From Edaphocola sp. (GTDB lineage: Bacteria; Bacteroidota; Bacteroidia; Chitinophagales; Chitinophagaceae), in the NCBI GenBank assembly GCA_035708205.1, contig DASSSY010000008.1, positions 88,314-152,313 on the forward strand: a stretch of 64,000 bases of DNA. The letters run 5' to 3'. Positions within the stretch are counted from its first letter, which is position 1, and each line of letters begins with the position of its first letter. Made by a program: the position numbers and the translations under genes. Positions 25,760-36,237 of the stretch are shown one piece after another. The notes beneath the pieces are model-generated. The model ran no database searches, was not told the origin of the DNA, and saw only the letters and a list, made by a program, of their open reading frames with translations.

Positions 25760-26421
25760 TTGTTTCTGATAATCATTTTAAAGTTTCCCTCATTCTTCCG
25801 TGACAATTATTGAGCCAAAAGTGCCTCAGGCAAGTTGCTGCCGGGGGGTGACGCGTTGTTTAAATTGTCGAGAAAAAATGTTGCCTCTGTCCGTTCAAAG
25901 GTATCCTATCCGGAAACGAAATTCTCAACATTTTGTTGAAAAAAAAAATCTTTTACCTATTGTTTGTTTCAAAAAAAATACAGTTAGGCGTTTGGGCAGT
26001 TTGGAATATTTTTTGCATGCCGGAAAAATCTTCTTTTGCGAACAAAATATTTTCGCCTGAAAGAAACGAAACGGATTTCTGAAGGCAGGAATCTTTATTT
26101 TATTGAATCCTTCCCTGCATGGGGCTATTTTTCTTTTCGTATTCCGGAATGGAAAGCCTGTTGAACGTATTTTTTGCAGTCCATTGAAAATGATGACCTG
26201 GCAATGCTTTGGATATATAAGCCTATGTTATTTGTTCCGGCAACCCGGTAAAGGCCTGCAGGCGCTCAGGGATGATGCGGGCTGGCAATTCCTGAGCAGG
26301 CAGGAATTGCCGGCCTGGAACGTAAGGTATAGCGAATGGTCCGGGATAAAACCGACCAGGACCTGAGCATAATTTTGCCTGTCCAGATGGCAATGATTAT
26401 CCCGGTTTGCTAATTTCTGAT

Positions 26422-26429
26422 TACTTTTG
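26422..26429 (+). promoter_or_regulatory. -7 promoter motif TACTTTTG
   Basis: 19 nt upstream of the ATG at 26448. Confidence 0.35.
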
Positions 26430-26447
26430 AGGCTAAATATATACTTT

Positions 26448-27401
26448 ATGAGTGTAAAAGCGGGAAAGGAATGGAAAATAGGATTGGTAGTCGTTATTGC
26501 CGTTCTCTTATTTATTTTCGGTTTGAACTTCCTAATGGGGAAGAAGATATTTTCTTCCGAGGATCAGTTTTATACTTATTACAGCAATGTCCAGGGACTT
26601 CAGGAGTCTGCTGCCGTTCAGGTCAGTGGGATGACGGTTGGCCGGGTATCAGGAATAGAATTGCAGCCTGACCGCCGGGTAAAGGTAACTTTTACGACAA
26701 ATGATGACCTGAAGATTCCCAAAGGTTCTTTTGCGAAGCTGGCGGCTGCCGATCTGATTTCCGGGACGAAGATCATTACACTTGAATTTTCAGACAGCAA
26801 CCAATATTATCCAGATGGCGCCATGATCCCGCCCCATAATTTTTCCGGATTGCTGGACAATATTTCGGAAAATGTTTCTCCTCTGCTGACATCGGTGCAA
26901 CATGCCGTTGTGACCCTTGATACCCTGATCAGTTCGGTCAATAGCTTGTTTAATACGGAAACCCAGAAGCATTTGAGCAATAGCCTGGCTTCCCTGGACC
27001 AGTCACTGGCACAATTGGCCATACTTTCCAAAAGCCTGAATGAACAAAGCCGGGACCTTGCGGCTGTGCTTCAGAATGTTAACAGCATTACCACTAACCT
27101 GGCCGGCAATAATGAAAATATCAGCCATACCCTGTCTAATTTAAACGATTTTTCATCTGAGCTGGCGGCTTCGGATGTTCAAAAGACCATGCAAAGCCTC
27201 CAGGAAGCATCCGCTAATTTAAAAGGGATAACCGAAAAGATCAATACTAACCAGGGTTCCCTGGGATTGATGCTTAACGATAAACAGCTGTATAATAACC
27301 TGACGCAAACCCTTTCCTCCATGGATGTGCTTCTTGATGATTTAAAGGCCCACCCGGCAAAGTATATTAATGTTTCTGTCTTTGGCCGGAAAGCCCGATA
27401 G
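26448..27401 (+). CDS. MlaD/MCE-family protein
   Basis: N-terminal TM segment, then the MCE domain (VQGLQESAAVQVSGMTVGRVSGIEL), then a long helical tail. The ATG at 26448 is preferred over the upstream TTG listed in the ORF track. Confidence 0.75.
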   Translation: MSVKAGKEWKIGLVVVIAVLLFIFGLNFLMGKKIFSSEDQFYTYYSNVQGLQESAAVQVSGMTVGRVSGIELQPDRRVKVTFTTNDDLKIPKGSFAKLAAADLISGTKIITLEFSDSNQYYPDGAMIPPHNFSGLLDNISENVSPLLTSVQHAVVTLDTLISSVNSLFNTETQKHLSNSLASLDQSLAQLAILSKSLNEQSRDLAAVLQNVNSITTNLAGNNENISHTLSNLNDFSSELAASDVQKTMQSLQEASANLKGITEKINTNQGSLGLMLNDKQLYNNLTQTLSSMDVLLDDLKAHPAKYINVSVFGRKAR

Positions 27402-27423
27402 GGCCGGATCGGCTGAAGGCGGC

Positions 27424-27900
27424 TCACAAATAGCCGTTGGTAATTAAATAGGTGGCCAGAATTTTAACGCGGGCGGTGTTGTTGATGACATTGATCTCCA
27501 CCTGCGCCATCTTATTGTCTTTAAAGGTCGTAATGCTGCAGGCGTCTTTTGAAATGCCCAGGATCATGGCTTCCGCAGCCTTTACACCGTTGGGCAGATA
27601 GAAGGTAAAGGTCTTGACCAGCTTTCCTTCCCAGCTGCCGTCGGTAATGGTGTAATTAGCGATCAGTACGCTGTCCTGCCGGATCTTTCCCGGGAATACC
27701 ATCACCGGCAATGTTGTATTCCGCTTTACGGGTTTAAACGATTGTTGAAGGCTGTCGGCGGAAGAGTATTTTTCCGGTTGGGCCTGGCTTTTTTGCCGGT
27801 CGGGAGATGAGGCGTGTCGCTTTTTCTTTTGCGCCTGCAAAGGATGTATGGCGGTAAAAAGCATAACGAACAGCAGGATAAATTGTGGCAAGCTTTTCAT
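27424..27900 (-). CDS. Hypothetical secreted protein
   Basis: Signal peptide MKSLPQFILLFVMLFTAIHPLQA. No recognisable domain. Confidence 0.45.
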   Translation of the reverse strand: MKSLPQFILLFVMLFTAIHPLQAQKKKRHASSPDRQKSQAQPEKYSSADSLQQSFKPVKRNTTLPVMVFPGKIRQDSVLIANYTITDGSWEGKLVKTFTFYLPNGVKAAEAMILGISKDACSITTFKDNKMAQVEINVINNTARVKILATYLITNGYL

Positions 27901-28218
27901 ATTTTCCGTTTTGAAACATTCAAATGTACCACTAATTACCGCTACTGCAAAGGCGGCGGCTTTGATTAAATGAGGCCTCGTTGCTGGTCCTCAAGTTGTT
28001 ATGTAGGATTTGAAAGCGTGTCGTTTGGTGAATTTTAACGCCATTGTGACACATGGTTTGGATGGTCCCCTGTGTTACATTTTCCCGGGATCCATCCTTT
28101 GAGATGACGTTGCTGGGTCGCCTGGCCGGTTACGAAGCTCGCAGGGATATGGCCGGCAGTAACGCCTGGCTTGATCTTATTGATGATTACCAGGAAGCAC
28201 TGTAACGGTTCATAATGA

Positions 28219-28959
28219 CTATGGCCTTTCCATAAGGGGCATTTTTTCCGTAACCGGCCGAATGCCGGCTTCAAATACCCGGGCGAATTTTTCTAAAAAT
28301 ATTCTTTCTACTTCTTTTTCATCTACCGGGATACCCAATTCTTTGTGCATACTGGTAACCCCTTTGTCGGAAATGCCGCAAGGCACGATATAATCGAAGT
28401 ATTTAAGATCAGTATTGATGTTCAGCGCCAGGCCGTGAATAGTGATCCAGCGGCTGCTGCGCACGCCCATGGCACAGATTTTCCTGGCTTTTCCGGGAAT
28501 GCCGGCATCTAACCAGACACCGGTTGAGCCGGGTAGGCGTCCGGCTTCAATGCCGTATTCCTGAAGCATCAGGATAATGGATTCTTCTAAAGAACGCATA
28601 TATCTGCCCAGGTCGGTAAAGAATTGTTCCAAATCTAAAATAGGGTAGGCCACCAGCTGGCCGGGGCCATGATAAGTGATATCGCCGCCACGGTTGGTCT
28701 TATAAAAGCTGACATCCAGGTCTTTCATACGCTGATCATTAATTAGGAGGTGTTCAATGACCCCGCTTTTGCCTAAGGTATAAACGTGCGGATGGCGGCA
28801 TAATAAAAGGTAATTCTGGATCTCGGCTTCCGGTTTTTTTTCGGGATGATGAAATAACTCGGCTTTGATATCCAGGCCTTTTTTCATCAGTGATTCCTGT
28901 AGCTCCCAGGCTTTGCCATATTCTATCGTTCCTAAATCTCTGAGCAGTATATTCTTCAT
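28219..28959 (-). CDS. lipB: Lipoyl(octanoyl) transferase
   Basis: RGGDITYHGPGQLVAYPILDL and the KICAMGV catalytic Lys/Cys region. Confidence 0.9.
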   Translation of the reverse strand: MKNILLRDLGTIEYGKAWELQESLMKKGLDIKAELFHHPEKKPEAEIQNYLLLCRHPHVYTLGKSGVIEHLLINDQRMKDLDVSFYKTNRGGDITYHGPGQLVAYPILDLEQFFTDLGRYMRSLEESIILMLQEYGIEAGRLPGSTGVWLDAGIPGKARKICAMGVRSSRWITIHGLALNINTDLKYFDYIVPCGISDKGVTSMHKELGIPVDEKEVERIFLEKFARVFEAGIRPVTEKMPLMERP

Positions 28960-28983
28960 GGTCAGTCAGTGTAACGGCGTTTA

Positions 28984-29382
28984 TTATTCTTTATCAACCG
29001 CCAGTACGGTGCGTACCTTTAATGCATGCGCGGCACGCATGACGGCAACAATATTATCAGCGGTTGCCTGTTTGTCGGCGTTAATGACAATGGTAGGCTG
29101 CGCCTCTTCATTTTCATGAAGCACTTCCGCGATAGTGCTTTGCAAAACATCTGCCTGAACGGGTTTGGTATTCACGTAAAACGCTTGCGTGGCGTCAATG
29201 GATACGACAATCGTTTGTTTGGCCCTGTCCTGGCTGGCCGCTTTGGGGATCGACAGTTTGATCACGTTAGGGTTGGCCAGCGTAGCGACGATCAGGAAGA
29301 AAAACAATAAAATAAAAAGGATATCGTTAAGCGCTGAAGTTTCCGCGCCACCTTCATCTCGTTTGTTTTTTCTTAAATTCAT
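28984..29382 (-). CDS. exbD: ExbD/TolR-family biopolymer transport protein
   Basis: 132 aa. An N-terminal basic segment is followed by TM ALNDILFILLFFFLIV, with a periplasmic domain ending in the typical ...VMRAAHALKV. Confidence 0.8.
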   Translation of the reverse strand: MNLRKNKRDEGGAETSALNDILFILLFFFLIVATLANPNVIKLSIPKAASQDRAKQTIVVSIDATQAFYVNTKPVQADVLQSTIAEVLHENEEAQPTIVINADKQATADNIVAVMRAAHALKVRTVLAVDKE

Positions 29383-29432
29383 GTTTTGCTTTTTTCACCC
29401 GTACAAAAGTACGTAATTATGGTTTACTCTTT

Positions 29433-30824
29433 CTAACATTCCTTCTGATGACGCTTGTCCCACATCTGGTTGAATGATCTTGGTGCGAAAACAATGGATT
29501 GCCGTCTCGGTCCCCAGGCGGTGGCAAATAATTTTTGGAAAACCTTGTTTTTGATCTTTCCGCTGGCCGCATTCATTAACGGGCGATGAAGCACGCCTTG
29601 CTTAAATAGCTTCCATGCAATTTTTTCAGTAATGTTGCCATAACCTTCTTTGATATACATCCGCCGATTTTCGAGCAACATGCCGTGGATATTGATATGT
29701 ACAGGACAGGTTTCCGTGCAGGCGCCGCAAAGCGAGGATGCATAGCTAAGATGTCCGTTGTGCTTTAAATCGGTCAAATGCGGGGTGATGACCGAACCGA
29801 TAGGGCCGGAATAAGTGCTGTCATAAGTGTGCCCGCCGATGTTCTTATAGACCGGGCAGACATTAAGGCAGGCGCCGCACCGAATACAGTACATCGCCTC
29901 GCGCACCCGCTTTTGCAATAAATTGGTACGGCCGTTATCCAGCAAGATAACATACATTTCATTAGGGCCGTCGGTTTCTTCCTGTTGCTTAGAACCTGAA
30001 AGAACGGTATTGTAGGTGGTTAAGGTCTGACCGGTGCCATAAGTAGATAATAACGGCCAGAACAGGTTAAGGTCTGTCAAGGATGGTAATATCTTTTCTA
30101 TGCCCGCAATGGCGATATGCGTTTTGGGAAATGTCGTGGTCAGCCGTCCGTTGCCTTCATTCTCCGTAATACAGACGGCGCCTTCATCGGCAATGAGGAA
30201 ATTCCCGCCCGTAATACCTATTTCCGCTTCCGTAAATTTCTTTCTTAGCTTTTCCCGGGCAATTAAGGTTAGCTTTTCGGGAGGCAGACCGGGCTCTGTG
30301 CCTAATTTTTCATGGAATAACCGGGCAATATCTTCCTTGCTCTTGTGCATGGCAGGCGTAACAATATGGTACGGCGGCTCGCCATCCAGTTGCTGAATAT
30401 ATTCGCCCAGGTCCGTTTCTATGGATTCGATACCCTGAAGTTCCAGAAAATGATTCAGGTGGATCTCTTCCGTGACCATGGATTTAGACTTAACCACCAA
30501 TTTAGCTTTTTTGACCTGGCAAATTTCCCGGATAGCCGCCAGCGCCTCTTCTGTATTTTCTGCCCAGATGACCTTACCGCCTTTTTCGGTAAATTTCTTT
30601 TCAAACTTTTCCAGGAGTTCGTCCAGATGCTCAATGGCATACCATTTGGTATTTTTAGCCTGGCGACGTGCCCGCTCTATATCGCTAAATTGCGTTTTTC
30701 CCTTCCTGACGGCATCATTATATCTGCCTATATTGAAGTTTATGGTTTTCTTATGGGCAAGATCATGCGCTTTAATGTTGCTTTTTTCAAGGAAAACTTC
30801 TTTTCGGGATAAGGGATGGCTCAT
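29433..30824 (-). CDS. lutB: LutB-like lactate-utilisation iron-sulfur protein (LUD domain plus 2x[4Fe-4S])
   Basis: CIRCGACLNVCPVY and CGACTETCPV ferredoxin motifs plus an N-terminal LUD/DUF162-like region. 463 aa. Confidence 0.75.
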   Translation of the reverse strand: MSHPLSRKEVFLEKSNIKAHDLAHKKTINFNIGRYNDAVRKGKTQFSDIERARRQAKNTKWYAIEHLDELLEKFEKKFTEKGGKVIWAENTEEALAAIREICQVKKAKLVVKSKSMVTEEIHLNHFLELQGIESIETDLGEYIQQLDGEPPYHIVTPAMHKSKEDIARLFHEKLGTEPGLPPEKLTLIAREKLRKKFTEAEIGITGGNFLIADEGAVCITENEGNGRLTTTFPKTHIAIAGIEKILPSLTDLNLFWPLLSTYGTGQTLTTYNTVLSGSKQQEETDGPNEMYVILLDNGRTNLLQKRVREAMYCIRCGACLNVCPVYKNIGGHTYDSTYSGPIGSVITPHLTDLKHNGHLSYASSLCGACTETCPVHINIHGMLLENRRMYIKEGYGNITEKIAWKLFKQGVLHRPLMNAASGKIKNKVFQKLFATAWGPRRQSIVFAPRSFNQMWDKRHQKEC

Positions 30825-31245
30825 GGTTAATAATTGCGTTTACGCTTATGGCGTAAAGATAGGCACAAAATTACTTATAGCCTGTTATGCCGAACCTAAA
30901 TAATTTTAAGGGATTTATCGGTCACTAACGGACATTCGTTTTGGGGATGCGCTGATAAAAGCGCAGGCGCTTGCTGTCGGCGCTTTTACCATGGACGTCA
31001 CTTGAGAGATCATCTTAAGTAAACCGCTTTGAAGTGGACAAAATGCTGTCACCGTTCATTAGCCGGAAGTCCCCCATCGTTTAAGTAAAAGGTGTTGGCT
31101 TCAGGCTGGGATTGTTACGGGACGGCCGGTAGATTGCAGCGCCGCTTGGTGGTTTATTGAATGACGGATTATCAAAAACGAAGCGATGTTGTTTAGGAAT
31201 ATAGCTTTACGGCGTGCCGTTAACGGATTTTTTGAGATTCCGGCT

Positions 31246-31253
31246 TATCTTTG
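31246..31253 (+). promoter_or_regulatory. -7 promoter motif TATCTTTG (4 nt before the ATG; implies a leaderless mRNA)
   Basis: Exact TAnnTTTG match ending 4 nt upstream of the ATG at 31258. Confidence 0.4.
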
Positions 31254-31257
31254 GAAC

Positions 31258-32445
31258 ATGTCCGCCAAAATTTTTTTAAGAAAGAAGATCGCCCCCCGGA
31301 TCGCCCAGGGACATCCTTGGGTTTTTGCCAGTGAAATCGGCGATGTTGCCGGGTTTGAAGATGATGGGGCGATTGTTTCCGTCTATTCCTCCAATGGTTC
31401 TTTTATCGGTAAGGGCTATTATAATCCGGCGTCAAAAATCAGCATTCGACTGCTGACACGCGGGGAACAGGTGGCTATCCGTCAGGATTTTTTCCTTGAG
31501 CGGATCCGTGCGGCGATCGGGCTTCGCCCCGGGTATCTTTTCCATTTGCCTTTTGTCCGGTTAGTGGCCTCAGAGGCTGATTTCCTGCCGGGCCTAATTG
31601 TCGATAAAATCCAGGATTATATTGTTTTTCAGATACATACTTTGGGCATGGAATTATGGAAAGATTGTATCGCTACATGCTTGCGGGCTCTTTTTCCCCA
31701 ATGCCATATCTATGAGAAAAATGATGGCCGGTTCCGGATGGCGGAACATCTTGGAACCATTCGCCAGTGCTGGTTTTCGGAATTCGGGGAACAAATCGTT
31801 ATTGAACATTCAGGGCTATTATCAACGGTTGACCTGGCCAGTGCACCCAGGACCGGGTTATATTGGGAACAGCTATTATTAAGCCGCTTTCTGGCCCCGT
31901 ATGTTCGGGGCAGGAAAATGTTGGATGCTTTTTGTTATCATGGTTACCTGGTGTTGTCCGCGCTGCGCGACGGAGCATTGGTGGCGGTTGGCCTGGATTG
32001 GTCGGAACAGGTCATTGACCTGGCGCGGCAACAGGCGGAAATGAACGGCATGGCAGGAAACGCCGATTTCCTTGTGGCTAATTCATTTTTGAGTTTGTCA
32101 AAAGCTTCTCTTAATGAGCAAACCTTTGACTTGATCATTCTGGATCCGCCATCCCTGAACGGTGTTGGCAAGAATGAGGAAACTGTTCTTTCAGGATATG
32201 AAAAATTATTGTTGAACGCCTTGGGTGTATTGACGAACGGGGGGCTGCTCTTATTAACCATGAGCGGTAAGTTATTGGCCGATGAGGTGTTGATGGAAAA
32301 GATTAATCAGATTGCCCAAAAACAGCAAAAGCGTTGGCGTATTGTTGAATTTTTCGGGCAGGGGCCGGATCATCCGGTATTGGCATTGGTGCCGGCCACC
32401 CGGTATTTTAAAGCATGGTTGCTGGCTTTCGATGCTGGAAATTAA
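31258..32445 (+). CDS. rlmI: Class I SAM-dependent rRNA (cytosine-C5) methyltransferase, RlmI-like
   Basis: PUA-like N-terminus (RIAQGHPWVFASEI) and SAM motif LDAFCYHGY...IILDPP. The start was chosen at MSAKIF because of the promoter motif. Confidence 0.75.
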   Translation: MSAKIFLRKKIAPRIAQGHPWVFASEIGDVAGFEDDGAIVSVYSSNGSFIGKGYYNPASKISIRLLTRGEQVAIRQDFFLERIRAAIGLRPGYLFHLPFVRLVASEADFLPGLIVDKIQDYIVFQIHTLGMELWKDCIATCLRALFPQCHIYEKNDGRFRMAEHLGTIRQCWFSEFGEQIVIEHSGLLSTVDLASAPRTGLYWEQLLLSRFLAPYVRGRKMLDAFCYHGYLVLSALRDGALVAVGLDWSEQVIDLARQQAEMNGMAGNADFLVANSFLSLSKASLNEQTFDLIILDPPSLNGVGKNEETVLSGYEKLLLNALGVLTNGGLLLLTMSGKLLADEVLMEKINQIAQKQQKRWRIVEFFGQGPDHPVLALVPATRYFKAWLLAFDAGN

Positions 32446-32506
32446 TGAATTATTGTAAGGTTTTGGTCATTTCCTGAATTCAATTGTCCGCCCGCTGATC
32501 CTTACT

Positions 32507-32514
32507 TATCTTTG
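32507..32514 (+). promoter_or_regulatory. -7 promoter motif TATCTTTG
   Basis: It overlaps the ORF-track start at 32512, arguing for a downstream start codon. Confidence 0.4.
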
Positions 32515-32535
32515 CAGCCTGAAATCCTTATCAAA

Positions 32536-33609
32536 GTGTCCGCTACAGAAATTTCCCGCAAAAAGAAAATCGTTGCCTGCTGGCTGCTCTTCGGCGTTTT
32601 TATGATTATGGTTCAGGTTGTTTTGGGCGGCATCGTCCGCCTGACGGATTCCGGCTTGTCCATGACGGAATGGAATCCGATTATGGGGGCCATTCCGCCG
32701 CTCAATCAGCATGACTGGCAGGAAGCTTTTCAGCGCTATCAGGGTATTGCCCAATATAAGTACGTCAACAACCATTTTACTTTACCCGACTTTAAATTCA
32801 TATTCTTCTGGGAATGGTTCCACCGGCTTTGGGCTCGGTCTTTGAGCGTGGTCTTTATCATTCCGTTTGTATATTTTCTTTTGAAAAGATATTTTTTAAA
32901 AGAGATGGTCTGGCCGCTGATTTTATTGTTCTTGCTGGGCGGATTGCAGGGCTTTATCGGTTGGTATATGGTTGAAAGCGGTTTGAATGGTTCCAGCCTT
33001 TTAAGGGTAAGTCACATCCGCTTAGCGATTCACTTTATTTCCGCGTTGGTGCTGCTGTGCTATACCTTATGGTTTGCCTTGAAACTTTTAATCCCGGATG
33101 AAAAAAGGGTAGTGGAGAAAAGCGCGAAGAATTACATGCTTCTGGTTATCGTATTGTTGACGATCCAGCTGTTCTACGGCGCTTTTATGGCAGGTTTGAG
33201 GGCCGCTCTTTCAGCACCTACCTGGCCAAAAATGAATGGTGTTTGGGTGCCGGCAAATATGTTTTTGCATAATTGGATAAACGATCCCGTTAATGTGCAG
33301 TTTGTGCACCGGGGCATTGCCTATACCCTGTTTATTTTAATCTTTTTCGGTTTTTTTAAAACCTGGAAGGCCGGTAAAGACGCTGGCTCTTCACTTTTGA
33401 AAAAAGCGGCCGGCTGGCCTTTGGTCCTTGTTTCTGTTCAGGTGGTTCTGGGCGTTTTGACGGTCGTGGAATCACCCCGTATCCTCAAAGGGCACTTCGG
33501 CATTTATGAAATCTTTGCCCAAAGTCATCAATTAGTGGCCATGTGTTTACTGATGGCGCTTTTTGTGGTATATTACCTGTTGCGGTGGACGCCGAAGCAA
33601 GCCAGTTAA
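32536..33609 (+). CDS. ctaA: Heme A synthase (COX15/CtaA family)
   Basis: Multi-TM protein with GGIVRLTDSGLSMTEW and conserved His residues (FHRLWA, VHRGIAY). The GTG start at 32536 is inferred and uncertain. Confidence 0.75.
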   Translation: MSATEISRKKKIVACWLLFGVFMIMVQVVLGGIVRLTDSGLSMTEWNPIMGAIPPLNQHDWQEAFQRYQGIAQYKYVNNHFTLPDFKFIFFWEWFHRLWARSLSVVFIIPFVYFLLKRYFLKEMVWPLILLFLLGGLQGFIGWYMVESGLNGSSLLRVSHIRLAIHFISALVLLCYTLWFALKLLIPDEKRVVEKSAKNYMLLVIVLLTIQLFYGAFMAGLRAALSAPTWPKMNGVWVPANMFLHNWINDPVNVQFVHRGIAYTLFILIFFGFFKTWKAGKDAGSSLLKKAAGWPLVLVSVQVVLGVLTVVESPRILKGHFGIYEIFAQSHQLVAMCLLMALFVVYYLLRWTPKQAS

Positions 33610-33644
33610 TTGATCTTTCAGGGAAAAATATTTTTGGCCTGATT

Positions 33645-34610
33645 ATGGAAAAAGAATTAATTATTATCGGCGCCGGGCCCATTGGGTTGGCTTGTGCTAT
33701 CGCGGCGCAGGAAGCGGGGCTGGATTATCTGATTTTAGAAAAAGGCACCCTGGTCAATAGCCTGTTTAACTATCCGTTACTGATGACATTCTTTTCGACC
33801 GCTGAAAAGCTTGAGATTGGTGGTGTCCCATTTACCTGTATCCGGCCTAAACCCGGCAGGCCGGAAGCCCTGGAATATTATCGGAAGGTAGCTGCGGATA
33901 AACATTTATCCCTGAAGCTTTTCACAATGGTGGAACGGCTGGAAAAATTAGCGGACGGCCGTTTTTTTATTCAGTCCGCCAATGGTGGTTATTATGCGCG
34001 CCATGTTGTGGTGGCCACTGGATTTTACGATATTGCCTATCCCTTAAATATTCCGGGAGAGCATTTGCCTAAGGTGCGGCATTATTATAAGGAGCCTCAC
34101 GGGTTCGCCTTTCAGAAGATAGTTGTTGTCGGCGCGCAAAACTCCGCCGTTGACGCGGCCTTGGAAACTTATCGGAAAGGTGCGGAAGTGACAATGGTGG
34201 TTCGCGGTCGGCAAATTGGCCAGCGGGTAAAATATTGGGTGCGCCCGGATATCATTAATCGTATTGAAGAGGGGAGCATAACCGCTTATTTTGGATCCTC
34301 GCTGTTGGAGATCAGGGAAAAATCCGTGCTCATCCGGAGCGATGATGGAATTGATGAAATTGATAATGATTTTGTCCTGGCCATGACCGGGTACCGGCCT
34401 GATAAAAAGCTCCTGGAAAGTGTGGGTGTCGCTTTTTCGGATGATGGAAAAGAACGGCCCTTTTACGACCCGGCGTCTATGGAAACGAATATTCCCGGTT
34501 TGTTCCTGGCCGGGGTCATCTGCGGCGGGGTTGAGACGCATAAATGGTTTATCGAAAATTCCCGCGCCCATGCCGGGTTAATTATAGATACTATCGTGAA
34601 GCGGAAATAA
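33645..34610 (+). CDS. YpdA-family FAD-dependent (putative bacillithiol) disulfide reductase
   Basis: MEKELIIIGAGPIGLACA dinucleotide fold and a second Rossmann motif VVVGAQNSAVDAA. The ATG at 33645 avoids overlap with ctaA. Confidence 0.7.
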   Translation: MEKELIIIGAGPIGLACAIAAQEAGLDYLILEKGTLVNSLFNYPLLMTFFSTAEKLEIGGVPFTCIRPKPGRPEALEYYRKVAADKHLSLKLFTMVERLEKLADGRFFIQSANGGYYARHVVVATGFYDIAYPLNIPGEHLPKVRHYYKEPHGFAFQKIVVVGAQNSAVDAALETYRKGAEVTMVVRGRQIGQRVKYWVRPDIINRIEEGSITAYFGSSLLEIREKSVLIRSDDGIDEIDNDFVLAMTGYRPDKKLLESVGVAFSDDGKERPFYDPASMETNIPGLFLAGVICGGVETHKWFIENSRAHAGLIIDTIVKRK

Positions 34611-34686
34611 TTTTCAAAGGAATTTGATTTTGGCGCTTTGCTGGCGCTGATTACGGTATTTTTGCCGTTTCGTAAAAATACAGGCG

Positions 34687-35967
34687 ATGAAACAAAATAA
34701 GGCTATCATCATTACCATTGGCGATGAATTGCTTCTGGGACAGGTCGTCGATACCAATTCTTCCTGGATGGCGCAGCAATTGGATGTCCTGGGCATTAAA
34801 ACTGTCAGGCGGGTAGCGGTTGCCGATGAGATACGACCGCTCAGGGATGAGTTGGATGCTGCCATTTCCCAGGCAGGCTATGTGTTCCTGACCGGCGGGC
34901 TGGGGCCTACCAAAGATGATTTGACCAAGCAGGCCCTTGCTGAATATTTTGATACCCCTTTGGTACAAAATGATGAGGTATTGCATTATATAGAGCAGAT
35001 TTTTGAACGGTCGGGCAGGGTATTGACTTTAGCTAACAAACGACAGGCATTGCTGCCGGAAAGCTGCCTGGTATTGCCTAATAAGATCGGTACGGCTTCG
35101 GGCATGTGGTTCCATAAGCCGGAGTGCCATATTATATCCCTTCCCGGTGTTCCTTACGAAATGAAGGCGATTTTTATTAATGAGGTCATTCCAAAGATCA
35201 AAGCCCGGCAACAGGCATTTTTTCGCGGTCACCGGCATTTTTTACTGATGAATGTCAGCGAAACCGTTATTGCCCAAAAGATTGCAGGCATCGAAACCGG
35301 CTTGCCGTCATTTGCCCGGATAGCTTACCTGCCGGGAATCGGCGCCTTGCGTTTGCGCCTGAGCGGCAGTCATTCGGATGAACGCTATCTCAATTCAGTC
35401 CTGGATGAGGCCGCCGCGCAGATTAAAGCTATCCTTGGCACGCTCATCGCGGCAACCGAAGATTTGTCGATAGCGGAAGTTGTCGGGGGGATATTAAAGG
35501 ATAAGGGACTTACGCTTGGCCTGGCGGAGAGCTGTACCGGTGGCCTGATAGCGAGTAAAATAACAGATGTTGCCGGTAGCTCGGCGTATTTTAACGGCGG
35601 CATTGTCTGCTATGCCAATGCTGTCAAAGAAAACATATTGGATGTTAGCCGGCAAACACTTGAGCATAACGGCGCGGTAAGCGAGGCCGCTGTTTTGCAA
35701 ATGGCCATTTGTGCCCGTCAAAGGCTTCGGACCGATTATGCACTGGCTGTTTCGGGCATTCTCGGACCGGATGGCGGCACTGAAGAAAACCCGGTAGGAA
35801 CGGTTTGGATGGCTATTGCCGGCAGCTCGGGAACGAAAGCAAAACGCTTTCATTTCAGGTTTGAGAGGCGGCATAATAAAGAGCTGGCCGCCAATACGGC
35901 TTTAGAATGGTTAAGGCAATATATTCTTATTGACAAGGCGTCAATTTCAGGATTTACGCAGTTGTAG
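34687..35967 (+). CDS. cinA: Competence/damage-inducible protein CinA (MoCF-binding plus PncC NMN deamidase domains)
   Basis: IITIGDELLLGQVVDTNSSWMAQ at the N-terminus and LGLAESCTGGLIASKITDVAGSS in the C-terminal domain. Confidence 0.9.
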   Translation: MKQNKAIIITIGDELLLGQVVDTNSSWMAQQLDVLGIKTVRRVAVADEIRPLRDELDAAISQAGYVFLTGGLGPTKDDLTKQALAEYFDTPLVQNDEVLHYIEQIFERSGRVLTLANKRQALLPESCLVLPNKIGTASGMWFHKPECHIISLPGVPYEMKAIFINEVIPKIKARQQAFFRGHRHFLLMNVSETVIAQKIAGIETGLPSFARIAYLPGIGALRLRLSGSHSDERYLNSVLDEAAAQIKAILGTLIAATEDLSIAEVVGGILKDKGLTLGLAESCTGGLIASKITDVAGSSAYFNGGIVCYANAVKENILDVSRQTLEHNGAVSEAAVLQMAICARQRLRTDYALAVSGILGPDGGTEENPVGTVWMAIAGSSGTKAKRFHFRFERRHNKELAANTALEWLRQYILIDKASISGFTQL

Positions 35968-36148
35968 CCTTTGGTTCGGACCCGACACCACTGGCAGGAG
36001 CGATCACGGCTGCTATCGTCTGGCCGGCGTTAGTCAAAAACAGGTCGCCGTATATATTAATAGTATTCAATGTGTTTAATGTATCAAAGCGGGCTGTCAT
36101 TTTGAAGCCGTTTGCTTTTATTGTCGGGGAAATGAAAACAATATGATC

Positions 36149-36156
36149 TATCTTTG
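36149..36156 (+). promoter_or_regulatory. -7 promoter motif TATCTTTG
   Basis: 82 nt upstream of the ATG at 36238. Confidence 0.35.
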
Positions 36157-36237
36157 AGGAATTAAAAGAAAAGAATGCTACCGGGTCGATCTATCGGGTC
36201 CACCTGGCAGGAATGACCGGAGAGACAATGGCATAAC

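Noticed and set aside
25760-26420. Calling oriC upstream of dnaA
   Set aside because: No consensus DnaA boxes were found by eye. It is reported only as an open question.
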